Below, one piece after another: positions 48,592 to 58,193 of a stretch of DNA of 64,000 nt (its first letter is position 1; the number at the start of each line of letters is the position of its first letter). Below the pieces are notes generated by a model. That model searched no databases. It saw only the letters and a list, made by a program, of their open reading frames with translations, and was not told the origin of the DNA. The position numbers and the translations under genes were made by a program. Source of the DNA: Spirochaetia bacterium (GTDB taxonomy: Bacteria; Spirochaetota; Spirochaetia; SZUA-6; Bin103); contig CBDBDQ010000005.1 of the NCBI GenBank assembly GCA_965203905.1, forward strand, positions 3,808,001 through 3,872,000. The letters run 5' to 3'.

Positions 48592-49584
48592 ATGACGATA
48601 GCGGAACGCTTGCAGGCGGGCGAACGGCTCGTCTTGGACGGGGGCACCGGATCCGAGCTGCAGAGACGCGGCGTCGATGTCCTGGAGCAGGTGGAAGTCA
48701 GTCTCAAGGCCTGGTCGGCCACCGCCAACCTCACCAGTGCCGACGTGGTGCAACAGGTACACCAGGACTACCTGCGGGTTGGCGCAGACATCATCACCAG
48801 CAACAACTTCTGGACCAGTCCGACCCGGCTCGCCACCGTCGGTCTGAGCGACCGCTGGCGCGAGTATGCCACCGCCGCGGCGGAGACGGCGTTGCGCGCC
48901 CGCGACGCGGCAGCGCCCGAACGTCCACACGGCGGGCCGTATGTCGCCGGAGGCATCGCGGCGCCGGCGCTGCAAGACCGCGAACGTGGTGACCTGGCCT
49001 CCGATGTGCAGCGCCTGGGCCGGCAGGCGTTCAGCGAGGAGCTGGCGGTGCATGCCCAACTGCTCGCCGACATCGGCGTGGACTGCATCCTGGCCGAGTA
49101 CCTCGGGTACGTGGACGAGTGCGTAGCCGCGTACGACGGGTGTGCGGCATGCGGACTACCCGTCTTTCTGGGAGTGCGACACATCGACCGCAGCGGCGCG
49201 ATGCAGTATGGCGAGTCGTTTGCCGACCTGGTCAGCGCGCTTGGCAACCGTCGTGTTGCCGGCATCCTGCTGATGTGCAGCAATCCGGAGGCGGTGTCGG
49301 CCGGCCTGCCGCTGCTGCGCGCCGCGTACGACGGCGTCATCGGCTGCTACCCCAATCTCGGCTACAACCCAACCGGCCCGGTCGCCAATCGCCCCACCTT
49401 GACGAATCAGCTGCCGAGCGCGGGGCCGGACATCATCCAGGCTGCGGCCTACAGCCCCTCGCGGCTCGCCGAGCTCGCCGCCGGCTGGAAGGCGATCGGC
49501 GCGCAGATCATCGGCGGCTGCTGCGCGTCCGGACCGGAGCACATCGCCGCGATTCGCCGCGTCGTCTCCGACACCGACCGCTGA
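48592..49584 (+). CDS. Homocysteine S-methyltransferase family protein
   Basis: LDGGTGSEL, HQDYLRVGADII, MCS, YPN, IGGCC. Confidence 0.9.
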   Translation: MTIAERLQAGERLVLDGGTGSELQRRGVDVLEQVEVSLKAWSATANLTSADVVQQVHQDYLRVGADIITSNNFWTSPTRLATVGLSDRWREYATAAAETALRARDAAAPERPHGGPYVAGGIAAPALQDRERGDLASDVQRLGRQAFSEELAVHAQLLADIGVDCILAEYLGYVDECVAAYDGCAACGLPVFLGVRHIDRSGAMQYGESFADLVSALGNRRVAGILLMCSNPEAVSAGLPLLRAAYDGVIGCYPNLGYNPTGPVANRPTLTNQLPSAGPDIIQAAAYSPSRLAELAAGWKAIGAQIIGGCCASGPEHIAAIRRVVSDTDR

Positions 49585-49586
49585 TG

Positions 49587-50050
49587 GGCGCCGAGGGAGG
49601 AGCCGGCCCCCCCGGAGCCCGCAGCCGAGTCAGCTCGTGGCGCAGCTATCCACCAGCCGGCATCAACTTCAGGCAGGCGGGCTCGGGCACGTCGGCTACG
49701 TGGCCGGTCGCATCCAGCTCCCCAGTTCGTTGATCCACCTTGAACGGTACGACGGTGTCCGAATCCAGATTCGCGACCAGCAACAGCTCGCCCGATGGAT
49801 CGATGACGAAGTTCTGCGCCGTCTTGCCACGGCTCGGCTCGTTGCCGACGTAGGTGAGCGTGCCGTCGCCCGGGTTGATCGCGAATGTGACGATGCTGTC
49901 GTGGCCTCGGTTGGAACCGTAAACGAAGCCACCTGATGGCGAGACGTGTATGTCGGCGCAGTGGTTGGCACCCGAGAACCCCTCGCGAAGCGTCGACACG
50001 GTCTGCAGCTCGGTCAGCCGACCCGAGCCCTGGTCGTAGCCGTAGGCAGT
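49587..50050 (-). repeat. Inverted duplicate copy 2 (native lactonase 3' end)
   Basis: Matches 37399-37863 in inverted orientation. Confidence 0.95.
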
Positions 50051-50734
50051 GATCGTCGAGCTCAGCTCGTTGATCACGTACACGTGCTGTCCGCCGGGAT
50101 GAAAATCCAGATGCCGCGGGCCGGCACCAGGCGCCGTTCGAACGGGCGCCACATCGGCCTGCTGTAGCCTTCCCTGTGCAGCGTCCAGCTCGTACAACAG
50201 GATCTGGTCGAGCCCGAGGTCGGCGACGAGCGCGTGCCGGTTGGCGCCGTCCAGGGTGATGGAGTGGGCATGTGGCCCCTCCTGACGTTCCGCGTCCACG
50301 CTCCTCCCCTCGTGCTGAAAGAAATCCGACGGCTCCCCCAGCGATCCATCGGCGCCGATCGGTAGCGCGGCGACGCTCCCGCTGCCGTAGTTCGCCACCA
50401 GCAGCGTGCGTCCGGAGGCGTCGACGCACAGGTGGCAGGCACCATCGCCGCGCGTGGACTGACGATTCAGGAACGTGAGCCCACCAGTCGCAGCGTCGAT
50501 GGAGAATGCGCTCACCGTTCCGGCGGGATCGCCCGCGGGACCGTATGCCTCGGTGACGGCGTAGAGGCAGCGATTCGCCGGGTCGAGCGCAAGGAACATC
50601 GGGTCCTGGACGGGAGCCGGTGGCGCCGCCGATCGCAGGACTCCCTCGCTGCTGTTCATTCGGTAGACATAGACACCTTCACTCTTGCCGCGGGTGTAGG
50701 TGCCGACGAACACAAAGAACTCACCTGCCGCCAT
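49646..50734 (-). CDS. pgl: Beta-propeller lactonase (6-phosphogluconolactonase YbhE-type)
   Basis: FVGTYT, VANYGSG, RQEGPHAH, DLGLD, GAGPRH, SNRGHDSI. Confidence 0.9.
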   Translation of the reverse strand: MAAGEFFVFVGTYTRGKSEGVYVYRMNSSEGVLRSAAPPAPVQDPMFLALDPANRCLYAVTEAYGPAGDPAGTVSAFSIDAATGGLTFLNRQSTRGDGACHLCVDASGRTLLVANYGSGSVAALPIGADGSLGEPSDFFQHEGRSVDAERQEGPHAHSITLDGANRHALVADLGLDQILLYELDAAQGRLQQADVAPVRTAPGAGPRHLDFHPGGQHVYVINELSSTITAYGYDQGSGRLTELQTVSTLREGFSGANHCADIHVSPSGGFVYGSNRGHDSIVTFAINPGDGTLTYVGNEPSRGKTAQNFVIDPSGELLLVANLDSDTVVPFKVDQRTGELDATGHVADVPEPACLKLMPAGG

Positions 50735-50905
50735 TCCGTGCTCCTGCCGCCATCGCGTGCTCCTTCCGCATTGCGTGATCGAGTGTCACCGCGACGCCAC
50801 CAAAACCAACCCTCGAACTTGCGCCGCGCAATCGTGCATCTGTATCATGCCGCGAATGTGTCCGGTGAGCGAGTCGCTCACTCGACGATTGACAGGGAGG
50901 GGCAC

Positions 50906-51694
50906 GTGGGACTGCTCGAAGGTAAGAAGGCTCTCATAACCGGCTCCCGCCGCGGCATCGGCGCCGGCATCGCCGTTGCGTTCGCCGAGCACGGAGCCGA
51001 CGTCGGGATCAACGACCTCGAACGGGACACCGAAGCTGACCGGACCATCGAGCGTGTCGAGGAGCTGGGCCGCAAAGCGTCGTGGCACCTTGCAGACATC
51101 GGCAGCGCCGGCGACCGGACTCGCATGTTCGACGAGTTCATCGCCGAGCACGGCCGAATAGACGTGCTGGTAAACAATGCCGTCGCCGTTGCGGGCGAAG
51201 ACAAGCGGTTTCTCGATATTACGGAAGAGTCCTGGGAAGGCCTTGTGGGTCATGCGCTGAAGGGCTACCTGTTCTGCTCCCAGCGGGCCGCGCGCGAGAT
51301 GATCAGCCAAGGTGACGGCGGCAGCATCATCTCGATCAGCAGCGTGCACAGCTACCGCGCATGGCCCGGCGACACGGTGTACGGCGTCGTCAAAGCCGGC
51401 CTGAACCGCATGGCACTGAGCATGGCACTCGACCTCGCCGGCAACCGAATCAGAGCCAACTGCATCGCCCCCGGCTACATCGACTCCCGGGTCCTGACTC
51501 CAGAGGAAGAGCCCGACCGCGGCAAACACGCCGAATACGCCCTGCCGCAGATACCGAGCCGCCGCGGCGGCGTGCCGCGCGACATCGCCGGAGCGGCCAT
51601 ATTCCTCGCCTCGGACCTGGGCGATTACGTCAATGGCCAGACCATCACGGTCGACGGCGGGCTGCTCGTCGGAGGCACGCCGAGCGAGTCGTAG
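50906..51694 (+). CDS. SDR oxidoreductase
   Basis: TGSRRGIG, VNNA, YGVVK, NGQTITVDGG. Confidence 0.92.
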   Translation: MGLLEGKKALITGSRRGIGAGIAVAFAEHGADVGINDLERDTEADRTIERVEELGRKASWHLADIGSAGDRTRMFDEFIAEHGRIDVLVNNAVAVAGEDKRFLDITEESWEGLVGHALKGYLFCSQRAAREMISQGDGGSIISISSVHSYRAWPGDTVYGVVKAGLNRMALSMALDLAGNRIRANCIAPGYIDSRVLTPEEEPDRGKHAEYALPQIPSRRGGVPRDIAGAAIFLASDLGDYVNGQTITVDGGLLVGGTPSES

Positions 51695-51839
51695 TCGCCT
51701 GCGCGACTGCTTGCCTCGTGTGGCCCCGCCCGTAAAGATCGTGGTGGGGCGATGGGGGCGCACTGGCGCCGACCAGCGTTGCGCCGGCACACCACCTACG
51801 GCACCGAGCCGCTCGTGCTCGCACGCCGCTCCTTGTCGC

Positions 51840-52922
51840 TCACGCGAGCATCAGGTCCAGGAGTTGGCGGTCGAGTTGATGGCCATGCCAATTTTCATAC
51901 GCAACGTCAGTTCTCCCTGTATCGAGCACGCCAAAGGCGCCGCGGAAGTTCCACAGCGCGAACCCGATCCCGGCGCCTTTGAGAATGTCGAGCACGTCTC
52001 GGAACCACGACAGGAATACCGTGTGCGGAGTGCGGCTGTAACATCCACACTCGCCACAGTGCACGCCGCTCCCCCGTCGGGCCAACTCGATCCAGGGCGC
52101 GAACTGTTGCTCGAGTCTGCGGCGGTCCCAGATGCCGGCGTCGTCCCACTTGCCATCGCCGCGGACGCCCGGCCAAACCGGCTCGGGAAACGGTTCTTCC
52201 GAGACCTGCCAGGGCACGTCATAGTGCGTCAACGGCACCGGGGAGTAACTCCGACAGCTCTGCGCAACACCCAGATCCTCGAGGGTCCGCGAAGGGATCC
52301 TTCCAGCCCGGTTGCCATCGCAAATGACGAGGTGCTCGGGATTGAACTCCCGAATTGCCTTCACCGCCGCTTCGTTCACGGAGCGGAATATCTCATCCGG
52401 AACCGCCAGCTTGGTCGCAAGCGGCTCATTCTGGTCCCACACACAGGGCTCGTTGAGGAGATTGAAGCTGATCTCCTTTGGCGAGAGGCTCCGATAGCGT
52501 CTGGCAAAGATCGCCCAGTGGAAACAGAAGGCGTCCTGTGCTTCTTGGTCACGCCACAGGTCGAACGGTTCTCGAAACCCGGGATTGATGCAGAAGCCCG
52601 GACCCCGATGGAAATTCAGACTTACGTGAACCGAATACTTGCGGCCGAGCTCGACGAGTCGATCGATTTCCTCGAGGGCGCTCTCCTTGACGTCGTACAC
52701 CTGATCGACCGTGATTGGCTTCGACGGATCGTAGTCGAGCCACCGCGGGTAGGCCATCGGCAGCCGCACGAAGTTGAATCCCCAGTCCGAGATCCAACGG
52801 AAGTCGTCCTCGGTGGTAGCCTCGAAAGACGCATCGGGCTCGGTCGGATACTCGAAATCGACGAGATTGAATCCGCGCCAGTCTGGAAGGACCGTTTGGG
52901 CAACGCTCTCACTCTCTGCCAT
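51840..52922 (-). CDS. GH5 glycoside hydrolase (no signal peptide)
   Basis: WRGFNL, FNFVRLP, LLNEP acid/base, HCGECG nucleophile, ALWNFRG. Confidence 0.88.
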   Translation of the reverse strand: MAESESVAQTVLPDWRGFNLVDFEYPTEPDASFEATTEDDFRWISDWGFNFVRLPMAYPRWLDYDPSKPITVDQVYDVKESALEEIDRLVELGRKYSVHVSLNFHRGPGFCINPGFREPFDLWRDQEAQDAFCFHWAIFARRYRSLSPKEISFNLLNEPCVWDQNEPLATKLAVPDEIFRSVNEAAVKAIREFNPEHLVICDGNRAGRIPSRTLEDLGVAQSCRSYSPVPLTHYDVPWQVSEEPFPEPVWPGVRGDGKWDDAGIWDRRRLEQQFAPWIELARRGSGVHCGECGCYSRTPHTVFLSWFRDVLDILKGAGIGFALWNFRGAFGVLDTGRTDVAYENWHGHQLDRQLLDLMLA

Positions 52923-53033
52923 TACTGCACACGCCTCCCCAGCCAAAGTGCGTCACCACGGCACCGTCAGCTTCGCGATTGACCTGGACAACGGCGTGCT
53001 CGTCGACGTCGACCGAACCGAGGGCAACCGCGG

Positions 53034-54020
53034 TCATCTGTTCGCAGCGCCCTGTTTCTCGATCGCCTCGATCATGGCCTGGATATAACCGAAGGCGAAT
53101 GACCGGGACTGGTGTTGCCCGTCGGTGTCCCCCTGGGTGCGCGGCACATGGTCGTCGAGGAACAGCCCCTCGTAACCGGCGTCGTAGTACGCCTTCATCG
53201 CACGGTACATATCGACGTGCCCGGTGTTGATGAACTCCTCCCGAAAGTCGTTCGGGTCCGGTGCCGACACGTTGCGAAAGTGGACGTACAGCACCTTGTC
53301 GCGGCGGACCATCTCGTCGATGAATCCGTAGATGTTGTCGTCGCTCGAATCGGTCATCTCCGAGATCGTGCCCTGACAGAACTCGATGGCGTTGTTGGGT
53401 GACTCGTAGATGTCGAGATAGCGGCGGTAGTTCTCGTAGGAGCTGAACAGCCGCGGGATGCCGCCGATCTGTTTCACCGGCGGGTCGTCGGGGTGGATGC
53501 CCAATCGTATTCCCGCCTCCTCAGCGACGGGAATGATGATCTTGAGCCAATATTCCAGGTTCGCCCACAACTCCTCTTCGGTATATTCGCGCTCGTGGGT
53601 GAAGGGCAGGTCTTTCACCTCGTCGTAGTTGAAGGCGGTGGCGATGGCGCCGCCGCGAACCGGTTTTGGCGTGGTTCGCCACACCGACGACGGCATCCAG
53701 TGATAGCCGAAGACCGGGATGCCGGCCTGCGCCATGTTGCGAATCGTGGTGATCATGTTGTCGATCTGCTGGTCACGCTTCGGTCCGCCGAGCATGATGT
53801 GATCGTAGAACTTGATCGGCACGTTCTCCATCGCCGCCACCCTCAGCCCGTGACTCTCGACGTTCAGGCGCATCATCGCCAGGTCCTTGACCTGCCACGT
53901 GCCGTCATCGTCGGGCAGGTTGCCTGAATTGGCCATGACCAGATCGGTGATTCCCATCTGCCGGGCGTACGTGAGTTGCTCGGGCCTCGGCGGGACTGCC
54001 ATGTAAGATCCTGCGCGCAT
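53034..54020 (-). CDS. uxuA: Mannonate dehydratase (UxuA family)
   Basis: GYHWMP, HPDDPP, FCQGT, VHFRNV, DHVP. Confidence 0.85.
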   Translation of the reverse strand: MRAGSYMAVPPRPEQLTYARQMGITDLVMANSGNLPDDDGTWQVKDLAMMRLNVESHGLRVAAMENVPIKFYDHIMLGGPKRDQQIDNMITTIRNMAQAGIPVFGYHWMPSSVWRTTPKPVRGGAIATAFNYDEVKDLPFTHEREYTEEELWANLEYWLKIIIPVAEEAGIRLGIHPDDPPVKQIGGIPRLFSSYENYRRYLDIYESPNNAIEFCQGTISEMTDSSDDNIYGFIDEMVRRDKVLYVHFRNVSAPDPNDFREEFINTGHVDMYRAMKAYYDAGYEGLFLDDHVPRTQGDTDGQHQSRSFAFGYIQAMIEAIEKQGAANR

Positions 54021-54313
54021 CTGCCTCTCCGCGTGTGGATAGTGACCTTCCCGACGGATGGGAAGGAAGGTTGCTGTTGGCAGCGCGATGTCCGCCGCCG
54101 GCGGCCAATCTACGCCACGCCCCGCGAGACGTCAAGGAATCGAAGGGGTAATACCGCAGCCGGCCACCGGCGGCAGCCAAGCGGGGCAACGGCGCGGCAA
54201 CACGCGTACCACGCACCGGACGAGGTCGCCACCGTCACGCCGGCACACCCCGCTGGATACGCGGACAAATGCCGTCTATCCTATGGGCCGCATGGAGGCT
54301 TTGGAGGTCGACG

Positions 54314-55243
54314 ATGGGTAGGACGAACCACGAGTACGTGGCCTATTTCAACGGCGAGTGGATGCCGCTCAGTGAGGTTCGCATCCACCCCATGGATTCG
54401 GGTTTCGTGGTCGGTGACGTCGTGTTCGACTTGGGGCGCACCTTCGACGGCAGGAGCTTTCGCCTGAAGGAGCACATCGATCGGCTGTACCGATCGCTCA
54501 AGTTCGTGCGCATCGACCCCGGCATGTCGTCGGACGAGATGATCGCACTCAGCGAGGAGGCGCTGCAGCGCAACGCGCATCTGCGCGGCGAGCTCGAAGA
54601 CCTTACGGTACGGCAGTTTGTTACGCGTGGCGTCGGGAGCCGGCCGCGGGACGGGGGCTCGCCGACCGTCGGTATCATCGTCGGGCACGTGCAATTCGCC
54701 TCGTTCGCGCACCTCTACGAGATCGGAGCGCACGGGATCATCACCCGAACCAGGAGCCATTCGGCGGAGACGATCGACCCCAAGCTGAAGCACTATTGTC
54801 GCCTCAACTTCAATCTGGCCGATCTGGAGGCTGCTGACGTCGATCCCGAGGGGTGGCCGATCCTGTGCGACATGGAAGGGTATCTGAGCGAAGGCACCGG
54901 ATACAACGTCTTCCTGGTCTCCAAGGGCGTCATTCGTACCCCGCAGGATCGGGCCATCCTGCAGGGCGTCTCCCGCGGCATGGTGCTGGACCTGGCTCAT
55001 CAGCTCGGCCTGGATGCCGTCGAAGAGGACCTGCAACCGTACGATCTGTACAACGCCGACGAGGCGTTCTTTACCGGCACCTCGCCGTGCGTGATGCCGG
55101 TGACCAGGGCCGACCACCGCCAAGTCGGAGACGGCAAACCCGGTCCGATCACCAAACAGCTGCTGGCCGCTTGGAGCGACGCCGTGGGTGTGGACATCGT
55201 CAGCCAGGCGCTGCACTCGCTGCAAGCAGCGGCGGCTGCGTGA
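54314..55243 (+). CDS. PLP-dependent aminotransferase class IV
   Basis: YFNGEW, DPKLK, SEGTGYNVF, LQGVSR, ADEAFFTGT. Confidence 0.9.
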   Translation: MGRTNHEYVAYFNGEWMPLSEVRIHPMDSGFVVGDVVFDLGRTFDGRSFRLKEHIDRLYRSLKFVRIDPGMSSDEMIALSEEALQRNAHLRGELEDLTVRQFVTRGVGSRPRDGGSPTVGIIVGHVQFASFAHLYEIGAHGIITRTRSHSAETIDPKLKHYCRLNFNLADLEAADVDPEGWPILCDMEGYLSEGTGYNVFLVSKGVIRTPQDRAILQGVSRGMVLDLAHQLGLDAVEEDLQPYDLYNADEAFFTGTSPCVMPVTRADHRQVGDGKPGPITKQLLAAWSDAVGVDIVSQALHSLQAAAAA

Positions 55244-55310
55244 TGCGTCCCCCATCAACATGCGGGAGCGCTCGCCACGAAAGGTCCGGATCGCAGCGCC
55301 AGGGAACGAC

Positions 55311-56015
55311 GTGAGGGTACTCGTCACCTCCGCCGCGGCACCACTGCCGCAACAGCTGGCGCAGTCACTCGCCAAGAGCCATGACGTCCTGGGGACGGAC
55401 ACCGAGGAGATATCCAGTGAGGTCGACTTCGTACGCTCGGAGCTCGATCACACCCCGGCCACCAACGAGCTGGTCCGCGGTGTCGACGTGATCGTCCACT
55501 CCGGCGCGGTCGATCCCGCGGCGAGCGTTTCCGAGCAACTCGACTTCCAGATGCGCTGCACGTACAACCTGCTGTGGGCGGCCGCGGAAGAGCGGGTGCC
55601 GCGCTTCATCTACCTCAGCTCGCTCAGCCTCATGCACGGCTACGACGAAGGTCTCGCCGTGACCGAGAGGTGGAAGCCGCTGCCGACCATCGAGCCCGCT
55701 GTTCTGTGCTACCACCTGGGTGAGTATGTGTGCCGCGAGTTCGCCCGCGAGGGGAAGATCAACGTCGTCGTCTTGCGGCTGGGGGAGCTGACCGACGAGT
55801 CAGATGCCTCGCCGTCCCGATCAGCGCTCTACCTGGACGATGCGCTGCAGGCCGTGGAGAAAGCACTGACCGCCGAGCTTTCCGGCTGGCTCGATATCTT
55901 CCATATACAGTCGTCGGTTCCCAACGCGCGCTATCTGACTGGTCAGCCGTGGTGGAGCGCGGACGACGTTTCGCCGTCGTTCAGCCTGGGATACCAGCCA
56001 CGGGCGCGGAGTTGA
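55311..56015 (+). CDS. Degenerate extended-SDR (uronate-dehydrogenase-like) protein
   Basis: Rossmann topology (VLVT..., GVDVIVH, TYNLLWAA, FIYLSS) but no Gly-rich loop and no YxxxK. Confidence 0.75.
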   Translation: MRVLVTSAAAPLPQQLAQSLAKSHDVLGTDTEEISSEVDFVRSELDHTPATNELVRGVDVIVHSGAVDPAASVSEQLDFQMRCTYNLLWAAAEERVPRFIYLSSLSLMHGYDEGLAVTERWKPLPTIEPAVLCYHLGEYVCREFAREGKINVVVLRLGELTDESDASPSRSALYLDDALQAVEKALTAELSGWLDIFHIQSSVPNARYLTGQPWWSADDVSPSFSLGYQPRARS

Positions 56016-56016
56016 G

Positions 56017-56796
56017 GTGATGAACGTACTGATCCTCGGCGCAAACGGCATGCTCGGACCACACGTCGTGCCGGCGCTGGAGGCGCGGCACCGGCTGCGC
56101 CTCAGCGACATCAACGATCTGGACACGCCGCATGAGTATCTGAAGGTGGACGTGGCCGATGTCGATCAAGTGATTGCCGCGGCCGAAGGCATGGATGCCA
56201 TCATCAATCTGTCGGTGCTGCGCGCCGATCGCAAGCTGGCCTTCGATGTCAGCGCCCGCGGCTGCTACAACATGATGACCGCAGCGCTACAGCACGGCAT
56301 CCGCCGGATCATCAACACCGGCCCCTTCTACGCCATCACCGGCCCGACCTATGAGCGCTTCGACCACCTGATCGGGCCGGATGTTCCGCCACAGCCGGGA
56401 ACGTTCCTGTACGCCCACACCAAGTCGTTGGGCCACGAGATCACCCGCGTATTCGCCGAGCACCACGATGTCTACGTGATGAACTTGCTGTTCTACATGT
56501 TCCTGGATGCTGAAGAGCAGCCGTCGGAGTCCGGGTCGCCGATCGCCAACCTGGGCCACGACCTGGTCCCGTTCACGGTCTCGTGGCGGGATGCGGCGAC
56601 CTGCTTCGGAAGCGCGCTGGACATCGAGCTGGAGCGCCTGCCCTCGCGGTGCGAGGTGTTCTTCGTGTCCGCCGACCTCCCGCACCAGAAGTTCTCGAAC
56701 GACAAGGCCAGGCGGCTGCTGGGCTGGGAGCCGCAGGACAAGCTCGATCAATTCTGGAAGAAGACGGCGTCGCCGGGTGCTCCCGGCAACGGCTAG
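56017..56796 (+). CDS. NAD(P)-dependent oxidoreductase, extended SDR (uronate-dehydrogenase-like)
   Basis: GANGMLG, GMDAIINL, YAHTK, LLGWEP. Confidence 0.85.
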   Translation: MMNVLILGANGMLGPHVVPALEARHRLRLSDINDLDTPHEYLKVDVADVDQVIAAAEGMDAIINLSVLRADRKLAFDVSARGCYNMMTAALQHGIRRIINTGPFYAITGPTYERFDHLIGPDVPPQPGTFLYAHTKSLGHEITRVFAEHHDVYVMNLLFYMFLDAEEQPSESGSPIANLGHDLVPFTVSWRDAATCFGSALDIELERLPSRCEVFFVSADLPHQKFSNDKARRLLGWEPQDKLDQFWKKTASPGAPGNG

Positions 56797-56836
56797 GAGC
56801 CAAGTCCAGTCGTCTCGATGAGTGAACTCGTGGCCC

Positions 56837-57682
56837 TCACGCGAGACCCAGGATCTTCAGACTGTCGCGGTGGATCATCGCGTCCAGCTCGCTCTCCGCG
56901 AGCCGAGGTAGGTTGGTGCCTGACAGCATATCGTTCAGAGAATTCAACCCGTCGATGGAAGCAGCAATGTCGGTGAACGGGTAATCGGTGCCGAACAGCA
57001 GCTTGTCCCAGACCCCGTACTCCTGAACCAGCATCAGGCTGTGGTAGAGCTGGAACGGCCGGTAGTGGAGGGCGCTGACGTCGGCGTAGATGTTCGGATG
57101 TTTGCGGATCACCGCGACGCACTCGTGCTCGTAGGGGTGCCCGAGGTGCGCCATGATGATCTTGACGTCGGGAAAGCGAGTTCCTACCGGATCGAGCCAG
57201 CGTGGCAGCGTGCACTCGAGTGGAGCCTGGGCGATGAAGGTGGTTCCCGTATGCAGCAGGACCGGGAGGCGGTGACTCGTCGCGTATTCCCAGAGCGGGT
57301 TCAGCTGTTCGGCATCCGGCCGAAACCCTGCGTACATGGGTAGCAGCTTGACGCCGCGCAGGCCGAGCTCGCGATGGCCATGCTCCATCTCGGTCTCCCA
57401 GCCTGGCTGGGTGGGATCCACCGAGAGGAAGCCAATCAGCCGTTCCGGATCCCGGGCCACGTATTCGGCCACATAGTCATCATCCACCCACATCCCGCTC
57501 AGCTTCGCCTTGCCGCCGAATACGATGGTCTGGGTGTCGTCGGGCGCGTGCGCCCGATACTCCTCATAGCGCACCGCGCCGTCGAGAATCCGATCGGCCC
57601 GTGCCCGCCGCAGCTGCCGCTGGAATTGGGCGGAGAGGTGGCGGGCCGGGTGCCAGGCGTGGCTGTGGACGTCTATGATCAC
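56837..57682 (-). CDS. Amidohydrolase_2 family protein
   Basis: IDVHSH, GVKL, LHTG, MAHLGHP, FGTDYP. Confidence 0.9.
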   Translation of the reverse strand: MIIDVHSHAWHPARHLSAQFQRQLRRARADRILDGAVRYEEYRAHAPDDTQTIVFGGKAKLSGMWVDDDYVAEYVARDPERLIGFLSVDPTQPGWETEMEHGHRELGLRGVKLLPMYAGFRPDAEQLNPLWEYATSHRLPVLLHTGTTFIAQAPLECTLPRWLDPVGTRFPDVKIIMAHLGHPYEHECVAVIRKHPNIYADVSALHYRPFQLYHSLMLVQEYGVWDKLLFGTDYPFTDIAASIDGLNSLNDMLSGTNLPRLAESELDAMIHRDSLKILGLA

Positions 57683-57895
57683 GAGCGGTCTTCCGTGGTG
57701 GACGGCAAAGCTACCTCCCCGCCGCGGCAGTGGCAAGCCGTGACGACCAGCCAGCGCGCGATCATCACTCGATGACCCCGGTAATCAGTGACACGATTTC
57801 GTTCATGTCTGTCTCTTCCTCAGCACCACCACTCGATCTACGAGCTCGATGACGTGCTTGTGCGTTGTTGTGATAGATCCGGATGATGGCGGGCC

Positions 57896-58060
57896 TCAGT
57901 CTTCGCGACGCGGGCGGACTACCGTCTCACCGTCCGGTTCGATGAGCGGATGGTGGTAGATGTAGGGCGGCTCGAGCACCGCCTGCTGCGCTTCGGTCAA
58001 TTCCGCGACCCATTCGGGCTGGGTGACTTCGTACGTGCCGCCGTCTTGGTACCGTCCGCG
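57896..58060 (-). pseudogene. 3' gene remnant, resembling the C-terminus of a PhyH-like dioxygenase
   Basis: RGRYQDGGTYEVTQPEWVAELTEAQQAVLEPPYIYHHPLIEPDGETVVRPRRED*, preceded by TAG and an orphan AAAGGAGA RBS. Family assignment is from recall only. Confidence 0.45.
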
Positions 58061-58193
58061 CTACTTGTGCGTCTCCTTTGCTCTGGGCTCCCCGTGATGT
58101 ACACTGCCGCAACAGGGTCCGTGACAGACGGCGGGACCGATCGCAAGCCTGACGTGACGGACGGGGGAGAAGACGACGTTGGAGGGTACCCAC

